Positions 28,750 to 38,600 of a DNA stretch of 64,000 nucleotides are shown here, piece by piece (within the stretch, counting starts at the first letter, position 1; the number at the start of each line of letters is the position of its first letter). Made by a program: the position numbers and the translations under genes. Origin of the DNA: Pseudomonadota bacterium (lineage in GTDB: Bacteria > Pseudomonadota > Gammaproteobacteria > JAJDOJ01); assembly GCA_034722015.1 (NCBI GenBank), contig JAYENI010000157.1:11-64010 (forward strand), read 5' to 3'. The notes beneath the pieces were generated by a model. It did not search any database. It was not told the DNA's origin and saw only the letters and a program-made list of their open reading frames with translations.

Positions 28750-28912
28750 TAAGGCGATTGCCGGAAAATGACATACCAGATTGCGCCGGATTATCGTTCA
28801 TCATCAAGGCGCGACATCAGGCGCATCGTCGAACGATGTAACTGTTGTCGCGACACAGAGGACGGACGAAAAGACAAACAAGATGGTATGTCAATTGACA
28901 GAAATCGCCTAA
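28750..28912 (-). repeat. MITE-like TIR element, copy 8 (between ruvX and algH)
   Basis: TAAGGCGATTGCCGGAAAATGACATACC...GGTATGTCAATTGACAGAAATCGCCTAA. Confidence 0.85.
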
Positions 28913-28926
28913 TTCGGGGTTTGCGC

Positions 28927-29496
28927 TCACGCATGGCCGGCGCTTCCATCGATCAGGTTCAGGTCAATGCCAAGTTTCCCCGCTGCGGCGTGCCAGCGTT
29001 TGCTGCTTGGCAGTGAGAATACAATATCGGGGTCGTTGGGGACCGTCAGCCAGGCGTTGTCGGCAATTTCCCGTTCCAGCTGACCGGGCGCCCAACCTGC
29101 GTACCCCAGAGCGATCAATTGCCTTTCCGGGCCATTGCCGGATACGGTGGCGGTAATGATGTCACGGGAGGTCGTCAGACCGAGGTCCGCGTGGATTACC
29201 AGCGTCGACTCCCAGCTCCCGAGCGGTTGATGGAGCACGAATCCGTGGTCCATCTGAACCGGACCGCCCGAATACACCGTGACATCCTCGGGAACGGGCA
29301 TGCCCTGTTCGATTTCCAGGTGCTCCACCAGATCCGTCAGCTTCAGGTCGGTAGGGCGGTTAATGACGATTCCCAGGGCGCCCTGTTCATTGTGCTCGCA
29401 GACCAGGGTTACCGTTTGCGAAAAATTCGGGTCCGCCAGGTTTGGCATGGCGATGAGAAAGTGATTGGCGAACCGGGTGGATTCCATATCGCTCAT
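28927..29496 (-). CDS. algH: YqgE/AlgH-family protein (UPF0301)
   Basis: NHFLIAMPNLADPNFSQTVTLVCEHNEQGALGIVINRP matches the AlgH core. Trimmed to ATG 29496. Confidence 0.8.
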   Translation of the reverse strand: MSDMESTRFANHFLIAMPNLADPNFSQTVTLVCEHNEQGALGIVINRPTDLKLTDLVEHLEIEQGMPVPEDVTVYSGGPVQMDHGFVLHQPLGSWESTLVIHADLGLTTSRDIITATVSGNGPERQLIALGYAGWAPGQLEREIADNAWLTVPNDPDIVFSLPSSKRWHAAAGKLGIDLNLIDGSAGHA

Positions 29497-29685
29497 CAGG
29501 TGAGTGGTGAATCGGGGAGACCGCGACGCTGCCGCCGGGCAGGGGAAATCCAAATTCGGGTAGCCGTCCGGCGGCCGAAAATCCCGGCGGCGCATCGTGG
29601 GCCCTCCGGAATCCGTATTGAGTAGTATGTGCCCGATCGGGTGATGCTGACAAGCGGCAAAGGGTGGGGCTAGCGATGGCGGAGA

Positions 29686-30567
29686 CTACTCCGTCAGACG
29701 CGTTTCGCCGGCCTGAAACAGCCAGGTGCGCGTGATCATCAATCTGTCCGTCGTCTGGTGCAATTGTTCGGGGAATGGCTCGAACGGTGCGGCGAGCCTG
29801 ATGATCCGCATGGCTGCATCGTCCAGTACCTGGTGTCCCGAGGGAGAACCAATCTCCACGCTGATGATGTCGCCGTCGTGATTGAGAAGCACATGCAGTA
29901 TCAGGCTGCCGGCGAGCTGTTTGCGCCGGGCCTCGTCCGGATAATTGAGATTGCCGACGCGCTCGACCTTGTCTACCCATTCACGGACATATTGCGCTTC
30001 GGATGCGCTCTTCGCACTGAGGGAGTCCACAAAGCTGACTCGCGGCCGTTGCGAGAATTGTTGTTCGCGCGATGCCAGCTCCGCGGTGAGTCTCGCGATC
30101 TCCATTTGTCGGGAATCCTCCCTTTGCAGTGTGTCGAGTTCCCGCAGCAGTTCCTCCTCGGGAGATTCCTGGCTCGTCTCACGGAAGTCGGACGGGTTCA
30201 GCGAAGTAATGACGCTTTGCTGATTCTTGGTGTCTGATGCACTGGCCTCTTCGGTTCTGAACGGTGACATTCCGGTGGTTGGCAAAGGGCTTGGACTCGA
30301 GACCGGGCTGCTCGGGCGCTGCGCCTCGTTGGTCCGCCCGCTGGCTTGCTGGGCGGCCTGCGCCATGCGTTTCGCTTCGTCGGGCTCCTCTTTGGCCTCG
30401 GTCTGGACCAGGATGACATCCAGCGAGGTCGCTGCCGGGGCCGGGTCGCGCGATACGCCGAATCCGACCCCGAAAATGATGACCGCATGCAGGGCCGCGG
30501 CCACCGTAAGTGTCAGGGGAAGCAGGTTGCCCGAAGACTGGTCCATGCTGATGGCTGGTGCACTCAA
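29686..30567 (-). CDS. TonB-family energy-transducer-like protein (TonB3-like)
   Basis: N-terminal TM segment, Pro/Glu-rich spacer, and a C-terminal TonB-type domain (GDIISVEIGSPSGHQVLDDAAMRII). Position matches Pseudomonas tonB3 between algH and gshB. Confidence 0.55.
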   Translation of the reverse strand: MSAPAISMDQSSGNLLPLTLTVAAALHAVIIFGVGFGVSRDPAPAATSLDVILVQTEAKEEPDEAKRMAQAAQQASGRTNEAQRPSSPVSSPSPLPTTGMSPFRTEEASASDTKNQQSVITSLNPSDFRETSQESPEEELLRELDTLQREDSRQMEIARLTAELASREQQFSQRPRVSFVDSLSAKSASEAQYVREWVDKVERVGNLNYPDEARRKQLAGSLILHVLLNHDGDIISVEIGSPSGHQVLDDAAMRIIRLAAPFEPFPEQLHQTTDRLMITRTWLFQAGETRLTE

Positions 30568-30609
30568 GTCAGGTCTCTTGACGCGTGTCCGGCACGGTCG
30601 GCCCGGCGC

Positions 30610-31578
30610 TCACTTAACCGGTCCGGCTCGTTCGGCCAGCCGGCGCGCCACCGCGTCAAAAAGTTCGCTGCTGATGTTGAGCCCATAAAGGGCGTCGAGT
30701 TCCCGAATACAGGTCGGGCTGGTGACGTTGATTTCGGTGAGGTAGTCACCGATCACATCGATACCGGCGAACAGCAGCCCGCGCTTTCTCAGTTCCGGTC
30801 CGACCTGGGCGCAGATCCACCGGTCACGCTCGCTAAGTTTGACCCCTTTGCCGGTGCCGCCGGCCGCGAGGTTGGCCCGCGCCTCCCCCTCTTCGGGTAT
30901 TCGTGCCAGCGCATAGGGTACCGGTATTCCGTCGATGAGCAGGATGCGCTTGTCGCCCTGATCCACTTCGGGGATGAATCGCTGCGCCATGATCGTTTGC
31001 TTTCCGTGTCGCGTCAGCGTTTCCAGGGTCACGTTGGTGTTCGGGTCTCCCCTGGCGACCCTGAATACCGACTCCCCACCCATCGAGTCCAGCGGCTTGA
31101 GGACCGCCGTGTCCACATGCCGCATGAATGTTCTGAGGCGGTCCTGCTCCCGGCTGACCAGCGTCGGTACGCAGCATTGGGGAAACCAGGCGGTAAACAA
31201 TTTTTCGTTGCAGTCCCTGAGTGCTGCGGGATCGTTGACGATGAATGCGCCATCCATGCCGGCCAGGTCCAGTGCGTAGGTGGTGTAGACGTATTCCATG
31301 TCGAAGGGAGGGTCCTTGCGCATGAGAATGACTGTGCAGTCGGACAACCGGCGTTCCTGCGGCTCGCCGAGTTCGAACCAGCCCCTGGGATCGTCGAGAA
31401 CCGACAACGGCCGCATTCGTCCGAGCGCGATGCCGTCCTGTACGAAAATACAGTCCTGCTCCAGGTACTGTATGCCCCATCCCCTGCGCTGCGCCTCGAG
31501 CAGCATCGCGAAGGTACTGTCCTTGTGGATCTTTATGGACCCGATGGAGTCCATAATGACGGCAATCTCGATCTGCAT
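30610..31578 (-). CDS. gshB: glutathione synthetase
   Basis: N-terminal MQIEIAVIMDSIGSIKIHKDSTFAMLLEAQRRG is closely similar to E. coli GshB. ATP-grasp fold. Confidence 0.85.
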   Translation of the reverse strand: MQIEIAVIMDSIGSIKIHKDSTFAMLLEAQRRGWGIQYLEQDCIFVQDGIALGRMRPLSVLDDPRGWFELGEPQERRLSDCTVILMRKDPPFDMEYVYTTYALDLAGMDGAFIVNDPAALRDCNEKLFTAWFPQCCVPTLVSREQDRLRTFMRHVDTAVLKPLDSMGGESVFRVARGDPNTNVTLETLTRHGKQTIMAQRFIPEVDQGDKRILLIDGIPVPYALARIPEEGEARANLAAGGTGKGVKLSERDRWICAQVGPELRKRGLLFAGIDVIGDYLTEINVTSPTCIRELDALYGLNISSELFDAVARRLAERAGPVK

Positions 31579-31797
31579 GGGTGTTTCGTCCCGCTCTGTT
31601 CCCGGGCGGTGAGGTTCTCGGGATGCAAGGGCCAGGGTGAGTGCATCGGCTAAGTCGGAATATTAGGGCATTTTATCCGCTTTGCATTGTCGGCGGTCGC
31701 CGTTTCTGCGTTATTGTCCTATATTCATTCTACTAATGAGCCGCTTCTTCCGTGTTGGCATGGATCGTGACCCTTGCACGACAGGCGCGTTATTAAA

Positions 31798-31827
31798 TTA
31801 GCAATATCTGAATTGCTGTTTTTTTTG
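31798..31827 (+). terminator. intrinsic-terminator-like hairpin + T8 in the pilG leader
   Basis: AGCAAT-ATCTGA-ATTGCT followed by GTTTTTTTT. Embedded in an AT-rich (~40% GC) island upstream of pilG. Confidence 0.3.
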
Positions 31828-31898
31828 CGTGCGGCAGCCGGCCAGAATGTGTCCGGATTTTCCACTCTACCGGGGCTGATGTGAGCGCGAATGCAGAC

Positions 31899-32285
31899 AT
31901 GGCGACAGAGGATCTCGCCGGTGTAAAGGTGATGATCATCGACGACAGCAAAACGATCCGCAAAACCGCGGAGATGCTGTTGAAAAAGCAGGGCTGCGAG
32001 GTCATCACCGCGACTGACGGATTCGAGGCGCTTTCCAAGATTGCCGAGCACAAGCCGGACCTGATTTTCGTCGATATCATGATGCCGCGGCTGGATGGTT
32101 ACCAGACCTGCGCCTTGATCAAGAACAATCGGGAGTTCAGGAGTACGCCCGTCATCATGTTGTCGAGCAAGGACAGCATTTTCGACAAGGCCAGGGGGCG
32201 CATTGTCGGATCGGAACAGTACCTGACCAAGCCGTTCAGCAAGGACGATCTGGTGGGTACCATCAGACAATATCTGAAGCGGTAA
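31899..32285 (+). CDS. pilG: CheY-like response regulator PilG
   Basis: DLAGVKVMIIDDSKTIRKTAE...DIMMPRLDGYQTCALIKNN matches P. aeruginosa PilG. ATG 31899 chosen over the GTG 31881 of the track. Confidence 0.85.
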   Translation: MATEDLAGVKVMIIDDSKTIRKTAEMLLKKQGCEVITATDGFEALSKIAEHKPDLIFVDIMMPRLDGYQTCALIKNNREFRSTPVIMLSSKDSIFDKARGRIVGSEQYLTKPFSKDDLVGTIRQYLKR

Positions 32286-32375
32286 CTGGTATTTGCCGGT
32301 CGGAACGCCCGCACGGCAAGACGGGATCTGAATGGGCGCCACAATGACAATTCACCTGTAACCGGGAGGCAGAAA

Positions 32376-32741
32376 GTGACCCGTATTCTTATCGTTGATG
32401 ATTCCCCGACCGAGATACACGTACTCAGGAAGATCCTTGAGAAGGCGGGCTATGACATCGCGGTGGCCGAGTCCGGAGAGGAAGGCGTGCAGAAGGCGCG
32501 CAGCGACGTCCCTGATCTGATTCTGATGGATGTTGTCATGCCGGGACTGAACGGATTCCAGGCGACCAGGCAACTTTCAAATGATCCCCAGACAGCGGAG
32601 ATTCCGGTGATCATGGTGACCACCAAGGACCAGCCGACCGACAAGGTCTGGGCTAGCCGGCAGGGGGCGAAGGGTTATCTTGTCAAGCCGGTCAGGGAAA
32701 AGGAGTTGCTCAAGAGCGTTCGATCCCAACTGTCCGGTTGA
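32376..32741 (+). CDS. pilH: CheY-like response regulator PilH
   Basis: MTRILIVDDSPTE with receiver residues D-D-K. GTG start preceded by GGGAGG. Confidence 0.85.
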   Translation: MTRILIVDDSPTEIHVLRKILEKAGYDIAVAESGEEGVQKARSDVPDLILMDVVMPGLNGFQATRQLSNDPQTAEIPVIMVTTKDQPTDKVWASRQGAKGYLVKPVREKELLKSVRSQLSG

Positions 32742-32753
32742 ACGGAGACGATC

Positions 32754-33302
32754 ATGTCCAGCGCACAGAGCCGGAAAGTGATCGAGCTGTTGCACGGCAT
32801 GCAGCAGCGGGCCACGCGCCTCGCGGCGGGCCTGCCCGTCATGGAGGCGTCGCGCGAGGAATGGGTCGGAATCGCGTTTCAGCTTCGCCAGCACACACTA
32901 CTCGCCCCGATGACAGAAGTGACGGAGGTGATTACACCGCCGTCACTGGCGCATCTTCCGCATACCAAGACCTGGGTAAAGGGAATCGCGAACATGCGCG
33001 GCAACCTGCTGCCGGTTATCGATCTGCAGTCGATGCTGTTCGGCGGCTCGCTTCCCGCCGATCCAAAGAGCCAGCGAGTCATCGTCGTGGATCTGGAAGG
33101 CATTTCCACGGGACTACTCGTTGATTCGGTGCAGGGATTGAAACATTTCTGGGCCGAAGAGGTTCAGGGTCCTCCTGCGGGTCTGGAACCGGCCCTGCAG
33201 CCTTTCGTACAGCAGTCGTTCGCGTCCGCAGGCGAGAGTTTTGGCGTCTTTGGTCTCATGAGTCTGGTGTACAGCGAGGCCTTCCTGGATGCGGCCGTGT
33301 GA
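32754..33302 (+). CDS. pilI: CheW-like coupling protein PilI
   Basis: CheW-domain fold, position after pilH. Confidence 0.75.
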   Translation: MSSAQSRKVIELLHGMQQRATRLAAGLPVMEASREEWVGIAFQLRQHTLLAPMTEVTEVITPPSLAHLPHTKTWVKGIANMRGNLLPVIDLQSMLFGGSLPADPKSQRVIVVDLEGISTGLLVDSVQGLKHFWAEEVQGPPAGLEPALQPFVQQSFASAGESFGVFGLMSLVYSEAFLDAAV

Positions 33303-33494
33303 GCTGACAGGGGGCGCTTTGTCGGTTCGCGGAGTATCTCGCTCCGGCGGCCCGGCAACTGTCGGGCAGAACTCGCGTATGCACGAGCGGTTTTTTTACG
33401 GGTGTAAAGTCCCGCAGCAATACCAGTCTTGTCGGTTTCAGGGTATTCCTGTGCCAGTCCGAATCCCGACCATGTCGATCAGGAGAAACAGAGC

Positions 33495-35606
33495 ATGAAC
33501 GTATCCTCACGTGCCGGTGGTGACAAGCCAACGATTTTTCTCGTCGTCGTGCTGGTGGCGCTGATCGCTGTAGTCGGCGTGGCCGCGGTGTATATCACGA
33601 CCCAGGCAAAGCACGAGAGCGAGTACCTCGCGACCGCCTCTGGACTGCAGCTGCTTTCCCAGCGCATGGCGACACTGTCGCTCGAAGCGGCCTCGGGAAC
33701 AACAGCGGCGTTCGATCAGCTCGGTCAGGAGCGAGACGCCTTCGACGCTCTGCAGAAGAGGCTGAAAAAAGGGGATCCGGCCGCCAGGCTACCCGCCGCA
33801 CCGGCTGAAATTGCGAGCGAGGTAAACGCGGTCGACGGAGACTGGCAGACTTACCGCAGAAGCATAGACTCCATACTGGCAGGTCAGGAAACGATCTCGA
33901 CCGTTGCTGAATACGTCGAGATCATCCGGGAGACGATGCCTTTCCTGCTGGAGACCTCGGACGAGGTAGTCAGCGTCCTGGTCGATAACAGGGCGCCACA
34001 ACAACAGGTCTATATCGCGACCCGTCAATTGATGATCGCACAGCGCATGGAAAACAGCCTCAATCGCGTGCTTGCGGGGACCGAGGCGTCCGCGACGGCC
34101 GCCGGGGAATTCGGTAACGACGCCCGACTGTTCGGCGAGGTGCTTGAGGGATTCGCCAACGGTAGCGAGGAACTGGGGATCAGGAAACTGACCAATGTCG
34201 AAGTACGGGAGGCGCTGCGTGAGGTGGCCGTGGCCTATGCGGTGGTAAAGGAGCAGGCCGAAGGCATCATCGAATCGTCCACGGAACTGTCGGAGATCAA
34301 CGTTGCGGCCAGCGGCATCGAGTCGCAGGGCGCTCTGCTGCTGAGCACAACACAATCTCTCGAGACAGCGATCAGGACATACGGATCGAGACTGGAGTTG
34401 CTGATGAATGCGGCCGGTGCACTGGCGGCGGCGTCACTTATCGTTCTGATACTCATTGGCTGGAGGCTGGTGCGTGGTGCGCGTATCCGGGCGGAAGAGT
34501 CCGCAGCGCAAAACAACCGGAACCAGCAGGCCATTCTCAGGCTGCTCGACGAAATGGCAACGCTGGCTGACGGTGACCTCACTGCGCACGCCACCGTTAC
34601 CGAGGATATCACCGGCGCAATAGCTGACTCCGTGAACTTTTCCATCGATGCGCTGAGGAGTCTCGTCACGACGATCAACGATACCTCGGAAAGGGTCTCG
34701 ACGTCCGCGGATCGCGCGCAGCACATCACATCCGATCTCTCGGAGGCCAGTAATACACAGGCCCGTGAGATCGCGGCGGCGTCAGCGGCCGTGGTGGACA
34801 TGGCGGACTCGATCGAGCAGGTCTCGAGGAATGCAGGTACGTCGGCGGATGTAGCCCAGCGGGCGGTGGACTTTGCCCACGGCGGTACGAGCGCCGTGAG
34901 CCGTACCATTGACGGCATGGGGACGATCCGTGAGCAGATCCAGGAGACTTCCAAGCGTATCAAGAGGCTCGGTGAAAGCTCGCAGGAAATTGGTGACATC
35001 GTCGGACTCATCAATGAAATCGCGGATCAGACGAATATCCTCGCCCTGAATGCGGCCATTCAGGCGGCCACGGCCGGTGAGGCTGGCCGTGGTTTCGCGG
35101 TGGTGGCGGACGAGGTGCAGCGTCTGGCGGAACGCGCGGGCAACGCAACGAAACAGATCGAGGTACTGGTCAAGACCATCCAGACCGACACCAATGAGGC
35201 GGTTATATCCATGGAGCAGAGCACGGCTAATGTGGTGGCCGGCGCGAAACTCGCTGAGGACGCCGGCGAGTCGCTGCAGCAGATCGAGAATGTGTCGACC
35301 AATTTGTCGGAGTTGATCCAGTCGATATCCCAGTCGGCCCGGCAGCAGGCGACGTCAGCCGCCAACATCACCAACACGATGAACGTGATCCAGGAGATCA
35401 CCATGCAGACTTCGGCGGGCACCACCGAAACCGCCGATTCGGTTGGTACGCTCACAGAACTGTCGACTGACCTTAAGGAGTCGGTGGCCGGCTTCAAGCT
35501 GCCGGAGTCCGATGAAGCCGACATGCAGATTCTTGCCGAGGAGCCACCCGCCGAAAGCGACGAGCTTGGTGTGGAGCATCCCGAACCGCAGCGAGTGCCA
35601 GCCTGA
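33495..35606 (+). CDS. pilJ: methyl-accepting chemotaxis protein PilJ
   Basis: TM helix, large periplasmic domain, HAMP, and the MCP signalling domain with highly conserved hairpin [42 protein letters not shown] 33495 preceded by AGGAG. Confidence 0.85.
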   Translation: MNVSSRAGGDKPTIFLVVVLVALIAVVGVAAVYITTQAKHESEYLATASGLQLLSQRMATLSLEAASGTTAAFDQLGQERDAFDALQKRLKKGDPAARLPAAPAEIASEVNAVDGDWQTYRRSIDSILAGQETISTVAEYVEIIRETMPFLLETSDEVVSVLVDNRAPQQQVYIATRQLMIAQRMENSLNRVLAGTEASATAAGEFGNDARLFGEVLEGFANGSEELGIRKLTNVEVREALREVAVAYAVVKEQAEGIIESSTELSEINVAASGIESQGALLLSTTQSLETAIRTYGSRLELLMNAAGALAAASLIVLILIGWRLVRGARIRAEESAAQNNRNQQAILRLLDEMATLADGDLTAHATVTEDITGAIADSVNFSIDALRSLVTTINDTSERVSTSADRAQHITSDLSEASNTQAREIAAASAAVVDMADSIEQVSRNAGTSADVAQRAVDFAHGGTSAVSRTIDGMGTIREQIQETSKRIKRLGESSQEIGDIVGLINEIADQTNILALNAAIQAATAGEAGRGFAVVADEVQRLAERAGNATKQIEVLVKTIQTDTNEAVISMEQSTANVVAGAKLAEDAGESLQQIENVSTNLSELIQSISQSARQQATSAANITNTMNVIQEITMQTSAGTTETADSVGTLTELSTDLKESVAGFKLPESDEADMQILAEEPPAESDELGVEHPEPQRVPA

Positions 35607-35668
35607 TTCCCGCCATGGATCATGGGGCTGTCTGGACTCCCGGAACCCGCGCGGAAAGGTAGCAGCAG

Positions 35669-38600
35669 ATGAAAGCAAGCCACAGTGTCGAAGGCAACAA
35701 GCTGAGTTGGGTCAAGAAGGAGCTCGACGAGCTCCTCAAGGATGCCAGGCTGGCGCTGCAGGACTACATCGAGGAGGACCACGACGTTTACCAGCTCGAT
35801 GAGGTGGTTGCGTTGCTCAGGCAGGCCGGCGGCACGCTGCAGATGGTCGAGGTCAAGGGTGCCGCGATATTGTCGCGGGAGATGGTGGATCTCACCATCG
35901 CGCTCAAGGAAGGCAAGGTTGAGCAGCGGGACGAGGCGTTCGAGCAGCTGTTGAGTTCCGTAATGAAGCTGCAGGACTATCTCGATCACGTCGAGGCGGG
36001 GAATCGGGACGTGCCGGCGGTATTGCTGCCGCTATTGAATGATATGAGGAGCGCTCGCGGCGCCGACCCGATGACCGGGAAGGTCCTGTTCTTTCCCGAG
36101 CTTGGCGACATTGATCCGGATATCGATACCGGAACGATCGGAGACATCCAGGCCGACTTTCCGGCATTGCGGCAAACCTTTCAGGTGGGTCTTCTGGGCT
36201 GGTTTCGGGGAGACGACGCCAAGGGAAACCTGGCCAGAATGCTCACCGTCACGGCAAGGCTCTACCGGGATGCAGAGACTCCGGCGGCCAGGCGACTGTG
36301 GGCGGCAAGCAGTGCGCTGACCGAGGCGCTGGCGATGGAAGGCCTCGAAGCGGGTGTGACGGTCAAGAATCTCCTCGGGCGTGTGGACCGCGAGATCAGG
36401 GAGTTGATCGATGTCGGTGAGGCGGGTGTCGACGATGCACTGCGTGAGGATCTGATCAAGAATCTACTCTATTACGTTGCACAGGCCGACGAGCGGGGTC
36501 GTTTTGTATCCGCGGTAAAAGCACAGTTTTCCCTGAGTCAGGTCCTGCCCGATGAGCAGGAGCTGGAAAAGGTGAGGGAGCGACTGTCTGGCCCAGGGGC
36601 CGAGGTCCTGGCCGCGGTGTCGGACGCCGTACGCGAGGACCTGGCCGAGGTAAAGGACAACCTCGAGATCTTTTTTGCCCAGGGGCAGAAAAACACCGGT
36701 GACCTCGACGCGGTCATCATGCGGCTTCACCGTATTGCCGACACGCTGGGCATGCTCGGCTTGGGCACTGCCCGCGAAAAGGTCATGAACCAGGCGGATA
36801 TCGTCAACCAGATCGTCAGCGGTGAAAGCGGTTCGAGCGAAATTGCGATCATGAATATGGCGACCGTGGTCATCAATGTCGAAAGCGCGCTCGACGATTT
36901 CGTGTCGTTTCGATCGCCGCAGGACGAGGCGGCCGGCGACGTTTTCAGTACCGGCGTGCTGCCCCCGGCCGAGGTGCTCAAACTTCGCGAGACACTTGTC
37001 GGCGAGGTGCTCCACGACATCGAAACGATCAAGGATTCGATCATCGAGTATACGTCCGCGCCTGATCAGAAAGAGCGCCTGGGTGCCGTGCCGGTGACGT
37101 TGGACAATCTCTCCGGCGCGCTCGTCGTGGCAAATGCGCAGGCGGTGGCGCCATTGCTAAAATCCATTCGCGACTATGTCAGCGAGCGGATACTCGAAGG
37201 CGGTGAGACGCCGGATCCGCTGGCTCTGGAACACCTCGCCGATGCGGTTTCCAGCGCCGAGTATTACATTGAGTCCCTGAAAAACCAGGGTCGAAGCATT
37301 GACGCAATACTCGAGCCCGGAGAGTCGGGCATGGCACGGCTCGGGTATCCGGTCCAGGCGGTCCCGCTTTCGAACCAGGAAGTGGAGGAGGCGCCATCGG
37401 TCCTGGATCTCCCGTACGACTCGACCGGGACGTTCGGTGACGTTGTGGCGCTGGAGGACGAGGTCAAGAAGACGGTTGTACCGTTGACTCCCCAGGAGTC
37501 CGCTTCAGAAGAAATGCTCGTGGTTGCGACCGACACGGGTGTTGGCGACACCAAGGCGAGCGGTGCCCCGGGAGATGAGTATCGTGATCTCGTCGTGCTC
37601 GAAAAAGGCGCAGACGACGAGATTCTGGAGATCTTCCTCGAAGAGGCCGACGAGGTCGTGGGGCAGGTCGTCGAATTGTTTCCTGAGTGGCGCCGTGACA
37701 CGGACGACGACGAGACCCTGGTGACTATTCGGCGCATGTTCCACACGCTGAAAGGCAGTGGCCGAATGGTCGGCGCCGGAGTCATCGCAGAGTTCTCCTG
37801 GGCTTACGAGAACCTGATAAATCGTGTGCTCGACAATACGGTTGCTCCGGGTCCGGAGCTGATGGAAGCGATGACCAGTGCGGTAGACATGCTTCCGCAG
37901 TTGGTAGAACAGATCAAGGGGGAAGGTGAACCGGACAAGGACGTGTTCTTCATGATGGCTGTAGCCCATGCGCTGAGCAAACCGGGAACGCCTGTGCCCG
38001 AGCAGGAACCCGCCGGGGAAGTGGCGGGGAGGGGGCCCGAGGGTCCTGCGGAAGCGGAGGAGGCCTGGGAGGCGTTGAAGGAAGTGTTCGGTGGGGACGT
38101 CGGCGAGGTGAAGACGGAAGTCAGCGAGCCGGCTGCCGAAGAAGGCGAAGAGCCGGTCGAACGTAAAGCCAAGGATAAGGCGAAGGCCAAGGGCAAACTC
38201 AAAGGCAAGGCCAAAGCGAAAGCCAAACCCAAAGGCAAGGCCAAGGCCAAGGCTAAAGCCAGCCCCGTTGTCGATGAGACGCCTCAACCTGCAGATCGGG
38301 TTGTTGAGGTGGATCTCCAGCCATTCGCCGAGCCTCCAATTCTGGAAAGGCCGGAACCCGAAGTTGTGTCCGGCGCGGAAGAAGTGGAGTTGCCGCTGGT
38401 AGCTGAGGGCGGGTTCGACCCCGAGTTGCTGGAGATATTCCTGACGGAGGCCACTCAGCACCAGCGCGATTTCGATTCCCTGATCCAGGCGAGCGTCAAG
38501 CAACGGGCGAGACTGCCCTTGAGTGACGAGTTGCTGCGAGCGGTGCATACCCTCAATGGCAGCGCCAGGACCACTGGCGTCCCCGCGATACATGAACTGT

